From contig NW_026852806.1 of assembly GCF_026571515.1 (NCBI RefSeq), positions 62,001 through 126,000 on the forward strand: DNA of 64,000 bases, written 5' to 3'. Positions 54,910 to 62,715 of this stretch are shown here, piece by piece. The position numbers were made by a program, and so were the translations under genes. The stretch comes from Ruditapes philippinarum (lineage: Eukaryota). Each line of letters starts with the position of its first letter. Position 1 is the first letter of the stretch. A model generated the notes under the pieces. It was not told the origin of the DNA, did not search any database, and saw nothing but the letters and a program-made list of their open reading frames with translations.

Positions 54910-54968
54910 TAATTTAAACGAAAGTAAAAAGCAAAAATAAATAAATAATTAAAACTTGTAACTTACAT
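20330..54968 (-). CDS. PKD1L: Gene A: polycystin-1-like receptor/channel subunit (PKD1L/PKDREJ family), 42 exons, ~3118 aa
   Basis: Exons joined manually with consistent phases; all junctions GT-AG except one donor at 32464. CDS sums to 9357 nt. Motifs: EGF, PKD (WGDGS...HTY), REJ (PHGGTC), GPS (CLTW...W...C...CLC), PLAT (HIWHDNSG...SWYL), TOP ([10 protein letters not shown]; YGGGGY...[16 protein letters not shown]) and the channel helices. Family is secure; exact orthology is not. Confidence 0.93.
21650..22780 (-). mobile_element. Highly decayed LINE fragment in intron 41
   Basis: Minus-strand EIIDAL...SGKA and [14 protein letters not shown] resemble RT-proximal motifs; limits approximate. 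Confidence 0.55.
22858..23019 (-). CDS. Gene A exon 41, TOP domain ([10 protein letters not shown]...AWKFQS)
   Basis: 162 nt, phase 1-1. Confidence 0.9.
23517..23688 (-). CDS. Gene A exon 40, TOP domain (WINDTMIP...[10 protein letters not shown])
   Basis: Polycystin signature; not in the ORF track. Confidence 0.93.
24230..24465 (-). CDS. Gene A exon 39, TM6 (S1)
   Basis: Phase 1-0; hydrophobic helix then YSNRD. Confidence 0.88.
24694..24756 (-). CDS. Gene A exon 38, 63 nt
   Basis: ctacag|...|gtaagt, phase 1-1. Confidence 0.65.
25147..25261 (-). CDS. Gene A exon 37
   Basis: Phase 0-1, donor gtgaga. Confidence 0.8.
25515..25660 (-). mobile_element. Degenerate tRNA-derived SINE fragment
   Basis: B-box-like GTTCGAATTCC on the minus strand. 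Confidence 0.45.
25904..26066 (-). CDS. Gene A exon 36, TM4-TM5 (FIYIAW...[15 protein letters not shown]...IDP)
   Basis: Conserved PKD1L motif, in a frame different from the ORF track. Confidence 0.92.
26472..26731 (-). CDS. Gene A exon 35, TM3 and cytoplasmic loop (...LLLPHG)
   Basis: Phase 0-2. Confidence 0.82.
27145..27466 (-). CDS. Gene A exon 34, PLAT end and TM2 (FTRVQRASC)
   Basis: Conserved PKD1-family motif, phase 2-0. Confidence 0.93.
27763..27923 (-). CDS. Gene A exon 33, PLAT ([15 protein letters not shown]...SWYL)
   Basis: PLAT motif, phase 0-2. Confidence 0.93.
28253..28423 (-). CDS. Gene A exon 32, PLAT start ([19 protein letters not shown])
   Basis: PLAT motif, phase 0-0. 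Confidence 0.93.
28828..29064 (-). CDS. Gene A exon 31, GPS second half and TM1
   Basis: CLC...[10 protein letters not shown]...hydrophobic helix...ARLDRKD. Confidence 0.93.
29414..29505 (-). CDS. Gene A exon 30, GPS first half ([18 protein letters not shown])
   Basis: C..W......W....C GPS pattern. Confidence 0.92.
29919..29975 (-). CDS. Gene A exon 29, 57-nt linker
   Basis: ttacag|...AAG|gtactg, phase 1-1. Confidence 0.6.
30358..30802 (-). CDS. Gene A exon 28, GAIN region (FKDNVY...[14 protein letters not shown])
   Basis: Typical PKD1L pre-GPS motifs; phase 0-1, donor gtgagt. Confidence 0.9.
31091..31324 (-). CDS. Gene A exon 27
   Basis: 234 nt, phase 0-0. Confidence 0.8.
31672..31748. 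repeat. Compound trinucleotide microsatellite (TTG/TCG/TGC)
   Basis: Read directly. Confidence 0.9.
31886..32020 (-). CDS. Gene A exon 26
   Basis: 135 nt, phase 0-0. Confidence 0.75.
32465..32562 (-). CDS. Gene A exon 25 ([11 protein letters not shown]...IHSAMHQ); boundaries uncertain
   Basis: A phase 1-0 exon is needed here. The best-looking donor reads CAG|ATATGA; several in-frame acceptors exist. Confidence 0.55.
32550..32690 (-). repeat. Degenerate 24-bp minisatellite overlapping the exon 25 acceptor
   Basis: CAGAGA/CAGAAA recurs every 24 nt. Confidence 0.75.
33329..33413 (-). CDS. Gene A exon 24
   Basis: 85 nt, phase 0-1, canonical sites. Confidence 0.7.
33673..33825 (-). CDS. Gene A exon 23
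   Basis: 153 nt, phase 0-0. Confidence 0.75.
34224..34282 (+). mobile_element. 3' fragment of the same SINE family as 34977-35195
   Basis: ccgcctatatgactgaaatactgtt...aaaatgaaacaaac. Confidence 0.85.
34780..34944 (-). CDS. Gene A exon 22
   Basis: 165 nt, phase 0-0. Confidence 0.8.
34977..35195 (-). mobile_element. tRNA-derived SINE with (AAAC)n tail
   Basis: A box TGGTCGAGGGG, B box GTTCGATCC, tail ATGACTGAAATACTGTT...(AAAC)n. Confidence 0.85.
35844..36023 (-). CDS. Gene A exon 21
   Basis: 180 nt, phase 0-0, AAG|gtaagt. Confidence 0.8.
36244..36368 (-). CDS. Gene A exon 20, REJ end ([22 protein letters not shown])
   Basis: REJ-like motif, donor gtaagt, phase 1-0. Confidence 0.85.
36649..37783 (-). 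mobile_element. Decayed Tc1/mariner transposon
   Basis: Imperfect TIRs CGAGGGGTATATTTTAATTAGTGG / CCACTGATTAAAATTTGCCCCTC, TA flanks; [13 protein letters not shown]...[11 protein letters not shown] matches the mariner HTH-to-WVP region. Confidence 0.85.
38613..38777 (-). CDS. Gene A exon 19, REJ (LRCKSW...LTY)
   Basis: 165 nt, phase 1-1. Confidence 0.8.
39385..39552 (-). CDS. Gene A exon 18, REJ (…[13 protein letters not shown])
   Basis: REJ P.GG.C motif; phase 1-1. Confidence 0.88.
39851..40023 (-). CDS. Gene A exon 17, REJ (CVYNC...YQWNVY)
   Basis: Phase 2-1. Confidence 0.85.
40965..41584 (-). CDS. Gene A exon 16, REJ region
   Basis: [13 protein letters not shown]...NASDS motifs; phase 0-2. 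Confidence 0.9.
41857..42015 (-). CDS. Gene A exon 15 ([10 protein letters not shown]...)
   Basis: Completes the PKD motif HTY..G.Y; 159 nt, phase 0-0. Confidence 0.8.
42522..42721 (-). CDS. Gene A exon 14, PKD domain (CSILWGDGS...LNHTY)
   Basis: PKD signature; phase 1-0. Confidence 0.88.
43308..43412 (-). CDS. Gene A exon 13 ([11 protein letters not shown]...FSIINS)
   Basis: 105 nt, donor gtaagt, phase 1-1. Confidence 0.65.
44859..44921 (-). CDS. Gene A exon 12, 63-nt linker exon
   Basis: tttaag|...CAG|gtaaat, open, phase 1-1. Confidence 0.55.
45327..45359 (-). CDS. Gene A exon 11, 33-nt microexon ([11 protein letters not shown])
   Basis: Strong ttacag and gtaaat sites, phase 1-1; skippable, so not required by frame. 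Confidence 0.55.
45735..45845 (-). CDS. Gene A exon 10, Ca-binding-type EGF ([34 protein letters not shown])
   Basis: EGF pattern, phase 1-1, 111 nt. Confidence 0.92.
46637..46750 (-). CDS. Gene A exon 9, EGF domain ([34 protein letters not shown])
   Basis: Six-Cys EGF pattern, phase 1-1; different frame from the ORF track entry. Confidence 0.92.
47462..47522. repeat. ~60-bp palindrome with CGAG/CGAG internal mismatch
   Basis: ctttaaaaacagtattctca CGAG ... CGAG tgagaatactgtttttaaag. Confidence 0.9.
47643..47916 (-). CDS. Gene A exon 8 (…[18 protein letters not shown]…ITKVWNI)
   Basis: 274 nt, phase 0-1. Confidence 0.8.
48529..50039 (-). CDS. Gene A exon 7, 1511-nt exon with cryptic decapeptide repeats
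   Basis: Contains most of the 493-aa ORF; ttttag|AA...TTC|gtaagt, phase 1-0 fits neighbours. Confidence 0.88.
50392..50487 (-). CDS. Gene A exon 6 (SPIQLL...[18 protein letters not shown])
   Basis: Acceptor clear; donor G|GTTTGT chosen for phase. Confidence 0.7.
51308..51529 (-). CDS. Gene A exon 5 (KIRVRAW...[11 protein letters not shown])
   Basis: ttacag|...|gtatgt, 222 nt, phase 1-1. Confidence 0.85.
51671..51865 (-). CDS. Gene A exon 4 (HIIQNRD...[15 protein letters not shown]...CKFT)
   Basis: ttttag|...|gtaact, 195 nt, open, phase 1-1; not in the ORF track. Confidence 0.8.
52023..52073. repeat. Perfect 17-bp inverted repeat with 17-nt spacer
   Basis: cagtaacgggttaactc ... gagttaacccgttactg. 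Confidence 0.9.
52674..52841 (-). CDS. Gene A exon 3, module 1 start ([13 protein letters not shown]...IYQASG)
   Basis: 168 nt, phase 1-1; paralogous to 643-810. Confidence 0.9.
53705..53751 (-). CDS. Gene A exon 2, signal peptide (M)[15 protein letters not shown]
   Basis: tttcag|G...T|gtaag; 47 nt, same length as and homologous to 1542-1588. Confidence 0.85.
54159..54335 (+). mobile_element. tRNA-derived SINE in gene A intron 1
   Basis: A box TGCCCGAGTGG, B box GGTTCAAACC, followed by a non-tRNA body ctggttggttccaggaacggattcgag. Confidence 0.8.
54410..54770. repeat. Degenerate ~21-bp minisatellite
   Basis: Units such as aacatcagacgaaatttcagt and aatatcagccgaaattttggt. Confidence 0.75.
54864..54909. 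repeat. (AAT)n microsatellite near the gene A intron 1 donor
   Basis: Read directly. Confidence 0.95.
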
Positions 54969-55000
54969 ATTGAAATTGTTGACGCTTGTCTAAAATCCAT
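54967..55000 (-). CDS. Gene A exon 1, 3' part (supplies 'AT' of the split start codon; true 5' end unknown)
   Basis: Ends TCAATAT|GTAAGT; the same ending occurs in the paralog at 10349. Confidence 0.7.
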
Positions 55001-55751
55001 AAATTAAAGACATGGTTACTTATTGTCTACATCAACAGACGTGAAACTGACAACTGTTAAGTTTCAATGAAAAATCATCAATTTTAAATTAAAATGATAT
55101 ACTTCAGTAGATGTAATAAGATGGTTCGACTAAACTAAGCATATCGTATTGATTGATTCGACATGGGCAGGCGCTAGATGATTTTGAACATAAGGGCGGG
55201 GAAAGGGGAGGGTTTGAGACCTGTGAGTCTTGCAATAGACAGAGAAAAATCGTAAAGTTAAAGTGTGTTTTTTTCCCTTATGATGTGATAGAAACCATTT
55301 CAATGAATTTACTATGATATTTTCAGTTTTTGTTTATTTATGATTTACAATACGAGTCTATTTTCGAAATTACCAAGGACATTTCAATTTAACGATAATC
55401 AAAACTCATAAAAAAACAGCCACACACAAAGATGAGGTTTGAAAATCAGCTATGACTGTATATTACCACAAACTTAATTAACATGCTTAATCAAACTGAG
55501 TCTGCAACAATTTCATGTTTGGCGTCTTGGGCGTTTTTAAAGGATTTGCTTTTTCACCTATTTAATATTAAGAAAAACACTAAAAACACACACTAAAACT
55601 CTGAAACGAGTGAATAATAAATAAAGATGGCTGAATTACTTTAAGGGATTTTAATTTGGAAGTGTACATTTACAGGGAATTTAAAATGCACCGTTTTTGT
55701 TGGTTTTTCTTATGTTTTGTTTTGTTTCTTGAAGTTATTTTTATTGTTGTT

Positions 55752-55786
<35 letters not shown>

Positions 55787-55846
55787 TTGTCTTTTTGTCG
55801 ATTTCGTTGTGGTTATTTTGTGTGTTCTTCTGCTGCTGTTGTTTTG

Positions 55847-56053
55847 NNNNNNNNNNNNNNNNNNNNNNNNNNNNNNNNNNNNNNNNNNNNNNNNNNNNNN
55901 NNNNNNNNNNNNNNNNNNNNNNNNNNNNNNNNNNNNNNNNNNNNNNNNNNNNNNNNNNNNNNNNNNNNNNNNNNNNNNNNNNNNNNNNNNNNNNNNNNNN
56001 NNNNNNNNNNNNNNNNNNNNNNNNNNNNNNNNNNNNNNNNNNNNNNNNNNNNN
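55847..56053. other. Assembly gap after a T-rich tract
   Basis: Run of N. Confidence 1.
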
Positions 56054-57256
56054 AGGTTCTTTAATGCCTTTTGTAAACCCAGTTATATTTTTGCATTACT
56101 TTTTAATCCCCCCCTCCTCCCCAATCATTTTGTTTCAATTTTCTAACGGAATGTCAGTAAATGATATAATTGTTTATTGTGCTAAATATTGTTGTCACTA
56201 TTTGAAAGAAAATGAATGTCATGCATGCTAAATTTTGATCAAATTGTGAGTCGCAAGGCTAGTCTAATGTCATCTTTTTTAAGGTTTGTTTTTGAGGGTT
56301 TTTCCCCCAAAACTTGGTGCTAGTTGGGTGGTGTAAAGAAGCCTTATCGTTAGTTAGAATATTACTTTGCTTCAATTTCAGTGATATTTTACACGATTAC
56401 TTTTTTTTAAAATAAATTTGCTCTTTAAGAAATGAACAACGTATATGTAATTTATGATATTGTCATTCTATCGCCCATGCGAATACTGTTTTAAAATATA
56501 TTTTAAAACTACGCGAGGCGAACCCCGTTGAATGACAACAATTTATGAATAATTATAATCTATCTTCACAAACGATCAAGTTTTATTGTTCCATTCTTAT
56601 CAAAAATACATGAATTATCTCTACCTTTTTTGCTTAATTTAATTTCATAAAAAAAAAACATTCCTTTATTTCATTGAAACTGTACTTGCTCCTATAAACT
56701 ATTTCATTATAGAAATTTGCTCATTATTTACGATTGCCAGGAAAATAATTATTTGCTATATAATTCATATATAATTGAAAACATTGAATGCATTCAAACA
56801 TCAAAAGATTCTTTGTGAAACTATGTGTTTCAGTTCGATTTTTCCGCTGCAAAAATAATAGTAATTATAGGCCAATTGATACACGTCTTTGTAATAAAAG
56901 GACATTTCATATATACACAATAATTATGTAGCGATCAGAAGCTCTTTCATATATGTATGTACTAGACTAAGTGAAACAGGTACAAGTAATTATAAAGGCA
57001 TTTGATACAAAAGAACCTCGTTACGCGTGTTTCTCTTTAAATCAAACTTGAAATTACATATTTTCCTTATTGATGTAGTGTTTATATAATGAAATATGTT
57101 TTCTTGTTACCATTGTATTTCCAGTGTCTCAAACTGGAAGTCTTCATAGGTTCTTCAGAAATATTTTAATGCCTTCAGCAAATTTATCGTTTTATGAGTC
57201 GTACGTACGTATTAAACCACCCATGGAACATCAAAAGCAAATCGCAACATGCAATA

Positions 57257-58643
57257 AACAAGAGGGCTATGATGGCCCTGAATCGCTCACCAGAAACAAC
57301 TGCTTTTCAGTGTTGGAATGTAAATATATTCTAATATCAAATTTGAGCATAGAATATGTTTAAACAATAATTTGAAGAAATGCCATGACCTGGGGTATTT
57401 AAGCTTTAGCTTAAACGGGGCTCATCAAATTAATTTCTATTTTTAGCTTTTAGCCTTTAGTGGCCCCTACAAGGGGCTAATCAAATCAATATAAGCAAAC
57501 TTGATAAAAGAGTACCCAAGAATGCTACAGACAAAGTTTGGTGATCACCCATCAATTGGTTCAAAAGTAGAAGATGTTTAAAGGTTTTTTTTTTTCTATT
57601 TTTAGCTTTAGCTAAAAGGGGTCAATCAAATTAATATGAGCAAACTCTATAAAAGATTACCCAAAATTGTTACAGACAAAGTTTGGTGACTGTCCATTAA
57701 TTAGTTCTGTAGGAGAAGATGTTTTAACGTATTTCTATTTTTAAATTTTAGTGGCCCTTAAAGGGGTTAATCAAATTAATATGAGCAAACTTAATAAAGA
57801 CTACCCAATAATGCTACAGACAAAGTTTGGTGATCATCCATCAATTAGTTCTATAGAAATAGACATTTAAAGGTATTTCTATTTTTAGCTTAAGCGGCCC
57901 CTAATAGGGGCCTATCATATTCATATGAGCAAACTTGATAAAAGACTACCCAAGAATGCAACAAAGTTTGGTGATCATCCTTCAATTAGTTCTGTAGGAG
58001 AAGATGTTTAAAGGTTTTTTTCTATTTTTAGTCCTAGAGACCCTTAAAAGGCGCCAATCAAAATAATATTAGCAAACTTGATAAAAGACTACCTAAGAGT
58101 GCTACAGACAAAGTTTTGTAATCATCTATCAATTAGTTCTTTAGAAATAGAAGTTTAAAGGTTTTTCTATTTTTAGCTTTAGCGGCCCCTAATAGGGGCC
58201 CATCAAATTAATATGAGCAAACTTGATAAAAGACTACCCAAGAATGCAACAAAGTTTGGTGATCATCCATTAATTAGTTCTGTAGGAGAAGAGGTTTAAA
58301 GGTTTTTCTATTTTTAGCCCTAGAGACCCCTAAAAGAGGCCAATCAAATTAATATGAGCAAACTTGAAAAAAGACTACCCAAGAATGCTACAGACAAAGT
58401 TTGGTGATCATCAACATGTAGACGATGTTTAAAGGTTTTTCTATTTTTAGCTCTGCTGACCCCTAAAAGGGGCCAATTGGAATGACATGAGCAAATTCAA
58501 GAGTGATTGTCACAGGATGCTACAGGCCAAATTTGAAGTAAATCTGCTTAGTAGTTTCAGAGAAGAAGACGATTGTTGACGCATGACGACGGACGCCGGA
58601 GCACCCCCAGCTCATTCTGTGCCTTCGGCTCTGGTGAGCTAAA
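57257..58643 (+). mobile_element. Helentron-associated/pearl-like non-autonomous element with ~144-bp tandem core (about 7-8 units)
   Basis: Starts AACAAGAGGGCTATGATGGCCC...GCTCACC; (GAC)-rich tract; ends GGTGAGCTAAAA; gagcaaact recurs at 57783, 57927 and 58215. Confidence 0.88.
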
Positions 58644-59155
58644 AAAGTACAATGTATCACAAGCGGAATTACATCATTCTCTACTGCATACAATTACGTC
58701 GCTGTAAAGAATGCTGCTTTTCCAAGCACCCGTGCATACACTAGAAAATCCAGTCTGTTGTGCAAGCAAAATTCCATCAAATGTGTTGAAATTATTGATT
58801 TTGATTCATTAGCTTGCTAGTAAACTACTCTTCCCATGCAACACTCGTGTGAGTTATACCGGCCCGTGCAAAATCAAAGTAAGCAATGCACCGGGAATGA
58901 AAAAAGACCATCTAGGCAGCAGAGATTTGCACGTAACCATGTATAATGTCCGTAAAAGAAAGATGTGTGAAGGTGTTGACCACTTAATTTATAAATTTAT
59001 ACTGCTAACATCGATCTGATGTACAGACTATGTGCCAAAGTTAAAGGTTTCGGGCATCCGGATACACAATTTCTACCAATCTCTTTAGGCAATGACCTTT
59101 GAACTGTTATATATGTATTCAAGCTATCCTTATTGAAACCGCCTGAAGGACTATT

Positions 59156-59603
59156 AACAAGAGCTGTCGGGTAGGACAGCAACGCTCCACTATTCTTAGT
59201 GCTTGATAATAAGAAAAAATGCTTGATACAGTTACCTCCTCCTGTTTACAGGTTGGGGTAATGATGGTGAACAAGTGTGCAAAGTTTCAAAGCCATATGT
59301 CAATGAACTTTGAAAATATTTGAGGTATTACAAAAACTTTAACATAAATTCTAAGTCGAAAAAAGGGCATAATTCTGTCAAAATGCTTGATAGAGTTACC
59401 TCCTCCTGTCTACAGGTTGGGGTCATGATGGTGAACAATTGTGCAAAGTTTCAAAGCCATATGTCAATGGACTTTGAAAATATTTGAACTATTACAAAAA
59501 CTTTAACATAAGTGGTTACGCCGACGCAGACGCCGACACTTACGCCGACGCTCAGGTGACTGCAATAGCTCTACTAATTCTTATCGAATAGTCGAGCTAA
59601 AAA
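59156..59603 (+). mobile_element. Second Helentron-like family, ~2 core units
   Basis: AACAAGAGCTGTC...GACAGC head, GACGCC tract, ends GAATAGTCGAGCTAAAA. Confidence 0.85.
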
Positions 59604-59965
59604 TGCAAGTTTTCTGCAAGGTATCTTTCCGCGTGTTAGGTTTCAGGTTTGGAAAGTAGCAACAGTCTGGTCTTGCACAATGTCAGTATGACGTGAAAAC
59701 CAAAGTCATGGTTAAGTTAGCCTTGAGTCAAGATTAAATCATGTGTCGGGGGAGGGTTGGGGGGTTTGAATGAATTCCAAGCGATTTTTTTTTGCCACAT
59801 AAAAATGAGCAAGACTAAAAACAGTTTTGGATTACCACATTAAATTGAGGCCCGCATGGAAGATCGGGAAACTGAATGTGTTAGCCTCATCAAATAACGT
59901 CCTTACCTACTTTACTTTACCTTACTTACTTACAATTTAATACCGTATTCTGTATATCATTAGTT

Positions 59966-60941
59966 ATAAATAGAGAATAACATGCTACTGTCTTTTGATA
60001 TCAATTTTATCAGGCGAGGCTGATATGGGCTAGAAAGGGCGAGGCTTGCCGAGCCCTTTCTGTCCATATCAGCCGAGCCTGATAAAATTGATATCAAAAG
60101 ACAGTAGCATGTTTTTCTATTTATCATGTAACACATAACTGTCAAAATAACAAAATAATCTTCTTTTAAATAGCGAATTTCGTTAAAAAGGGGGATTTTT
60201 GTTCAAAGAAATAATTCTTGAAAACAAATTCCTCCGCCCCTGAAACTGAGAATTTGTAAATGGCGGCCATTTTTTCTTTCGACTTGGATAAAAGATACAA
60301 AAGAATGTAGGCTTAATACGATAAAAATCTTACCTTTAATTTAAACATCGATCCAAAAATCCACTTAGAATCACATGAACTAAACTTTACTGCAATTTTT
60401 GTCTTGAAATGTCAATTTCAAAAGTTCACGATAATTTCAATCAAAGAAATCAAATCGGCAATCAAACACAAGCTACTGTACACAACCATGCGTCTTATTT
60501 TTTAAACGAAACAATTTCTTCACTTTTTAAATTATAATCCGGCGAAATAAAGTAAACATTTACAAGTTCTCAAAGAAAATCGTCTAGTCTGTTTGTTATG
60601 ATTACATGTATAGTGTGACGTGAACATCGATGATGTCATTTGCAATATAAATTATGACGTCACTTCATTTAGTTGGTGCTTAAACTATTCGCTATCTAAT
60701 TTATTCGTAATTGAAATCGAAATAATAAAATGAATAAATATCGCGCCTTGATTCAAGACTTGTAAGGGTATGAGATAACATTGTAGAATTCACATGCTGA
60801 TGAAAATGAGAATATAAGCAATTGAAAAAAGTCCGTTAAAATGGGCGGGGCTTAATTTTGATATCAGGTTACTGACCTGATATCAAAAATAATTATCAGG
60901 CAAGTGTTATCGGGCAGTTACCATAGTAGTTGCATGATAAA
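59966..60941. mobile_element. ~1-kb non-coding element with a ~160-bp terminal palindrome
   Basis: Palindrome 59966-60124; inverted tttatcatgtaac / gttgcatgataaa; internal hairpin near 60857-60888. Confidence 0.7.
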
Positions 60942-61067
60942 GATTGTTGACAGGTTATATGGCCCTATATAAACGGCTATTTGTAAATATAACCAGAGCC
61001 GCTAGGCGAGGGTTATATTGCAAACAGCCGTTTATATACGGCCATATAACCTGCCAACAATCTTTAT
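60937..61067. repeat. ~130-bp palindrome heading an adjacent element (body related to 1265-1320)
   Basis: ataaagattgttg.caggttatatggcc ... ggccatataacctg.caacaatctttat; cgtcacgattatccaat shared with ~1276. Confidence 0.85.
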
Positions 61068-61683
61068 AACGAATTTATAATACAGCAAGCATCATTTTTT
61101 AAAGAAAAAAATAAGATTTTTTCATGAGTCGACAGCAGCCGTGTATATAAAACTATATAAACGTCACGATTATCCAATAAAAAGTGACGTTACAAACGTG
61201 CAGTATTATAATATGCACTTTCCGACTTCACTGATCATGAAAGAAAAATGTACAATCTGCAAAAAAGGGGATATTTATCTACTTTGTGATGACGATCTCT
61301 GCAAGCGTCTCTACACTATGACTTAAATCCCATAAAAATAGACCTGTAAGCCTGTCGAATATTTTCTTTTTGAAAAATGATATTTACTCATTAAATATGC
61401 ATTTTCACAATCCCGTGCGGAGTTATTAGTTACCCTATGTATACGTACGGAACCTATGATAAATGACTAAGTTGATCTCAATTGAATTGCGAGTCTGAAA
61501 TAAACAATTCTTGCCGTGTTCCTAGGTGTCTCTAGGGAAATCTTTATTACAAAAGTTTAATACCGGCTAATGTTTCAGGGAGTGTAAAATAATGGAACAG
61601 TTTCATTAAAATGGCACTATTTTTCACATAAATTATACATATTTTATGAACATTGTTGAAAGGGGAAAATGATATATTTATCT

Positions 61684-62700
61684 AAACAAGAGGGCCATGA
61701 TGACGCTGGATTGCTCACCTGAGACATACTGCTAAAATAAATCTTGTGTCTAAGTCTCAATAATAAGATCACACTGACCTTGTCATTTTTTGCCCAAGCT
61801 GAACATTTTTGATTAATAATATCTGTCATATGTTGCGGTTCGGATCGGAATATCCGTCCCGAGGTGACCCGCCCATTGGGCGGTAACGAGGCTTACCGCA
61901 AACATATGTCAGATATTTTTTCTTGCATATTCTACCATATTCCATTATATTTTAAATTCTTTATCTTTATTTTCAATGAAAATTTATATCATTACAACCG
62001 TAACTACTTTCTTTCAACAGCGTATGAATTGCAAAATCATTCATAACGGTAAAATGACGTCATCTTTATCGTGCCATTGTACAGCACGTGACTCATCTGG
62101 AACCCCCGATGCCAGATGAAATTTCCGGCATGGGTAAAATTTCCGGCATGGGTAAAACTAACGGAAACGCCAGTCTGATATGCAAGAAACACATGTATAG
62201 AGATTTCCGCTACGAAATGCTACAGGACAAATATGTCCAATGCTCTTAGAATTGTAATTTCACTCAATAAGATGCAATATTTCTATGTCCATATAAACTA
62301 AGTGACAAGAATCAGTTCTGACCCGAGGTACAATCACATGTTTTACAGACATTTGAAGAGGTCTACATACTAAATTCTAAGCTCTGGATACCATTGCTTC
62401 TGAAAAGAGCGTAAATGTTGTTTTTTTATGATAAGTTTATATATACTAAGGTGATACTACATGCCAACTATCTAAGCTCTGGGCATTGTAATTTCAGAGA
62501 AAAGGATTACTAAGGCATTTTTACTATACAAGTTTATGTAAACTAAGTGACCCCAGATTACTTCTTTGAAGTTTAGCCAAAATGAATCAAGGGCTTGAGG
62601 AGATGTTTTTCAAGAAATTGTGGATAACTTTAATGACTGAATACAGGCACTGCCATCACAAAATCTCACCTCTGAACCATTTGTGTTCAGGCAAGCTAAA
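61684..62700 (+). mobile_element. Degenerate Helentron-like element with a nested insertion at ~61828-62195
   Basis: AACAAGAGGGCCATGATG...GCTCACC head, CAGGCAAGCTAAA end; nested piece contains inverted ttcttgcatat / atatgcaagaa. Confidence 0.7.
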
Positions 62701-62715
62701 TACAAACATATTAAA

